Source: Endomicrobiales bacterium
GTDB taxonomy: Bacteria > Elusimicrobiota > Endomicrobiia > Endomicrobiales > CAWCFT01
Reading direction: 5' to 3'
Length of the DNA: 64,000 bases
Assembly: GCA_963794945.1 (NCBI GenBank)
Contig: CAWCFT010000011.1
Span: forward strand, 98,474 to 162,473
The notes beneath the pieces are model-generated. The model did no database searches. It was not told the DNA's origin and saw only the letters and a program-made list of their open reading frames with translations. Position 1 is the first letter of the stretch; every line of letters begins with the position of its first letter. The translations under genes and the position numbers were made by a program. Positions 63,999-64,000 of this stretch are shown piece after piece.

Positions 63999-64000
63999 TG

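Noticed and set aside
1..64000. About 20 split genes interpreted as pseudogenes or programmed frameshifts
   Set aside because: Each break is a 1-2 nt indel with intact motifs on both sides, I saw no in-frame nonsense decay, and unrelated genes are hit evenly. This fits sequencing error; read polishing would decide.

Overview
Bacterial chromosomal window of roughly mid GC from a probable diderm anaerobe. Elusimicrobiota-like affinity is my inference from gene content (Re-citrate synthase, TolC/OmpA proteins, long hisG). About 20 genes are split by single-base indels, often in or near homopolymers, which looks like uncorrected long-read error. In order, the window holds: an OmpA-domain outer-membrane protein; a PAS kinase with its response regulator; a TetR-TolC-HlyD-ABC (YbhFSR/G-like) efflux operon interrupted by an IS200; and a GT39 gene. 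Next comes an elaborate kdp potassium-uptake locus (c-di-AMP riboswitch, kdpABC, PTS IIA, porin-like and four-helix-bundle genes, KdpD split into a kinase-less sensor and a separate kinase, kdpE). Then follow housekeeping genes, a signalling cluster, a degenerate GH57/DOMON protein, Re-citrate synthase, a CrtI-like/ACP/hydrolase trio and tRNA-Met. The right end has a TolC-MFP-dual RND operon with unusual transmembrane residues, converging on a lipoprotein, a short FtsH-like protease and the C-terminus of an unknown protein. The last ~250 bp is a GC-rich bacilliredoxin fragment, probably a chimeric junction. Intergenic DNA contains several families of nested palindromic and heptamer repeats.
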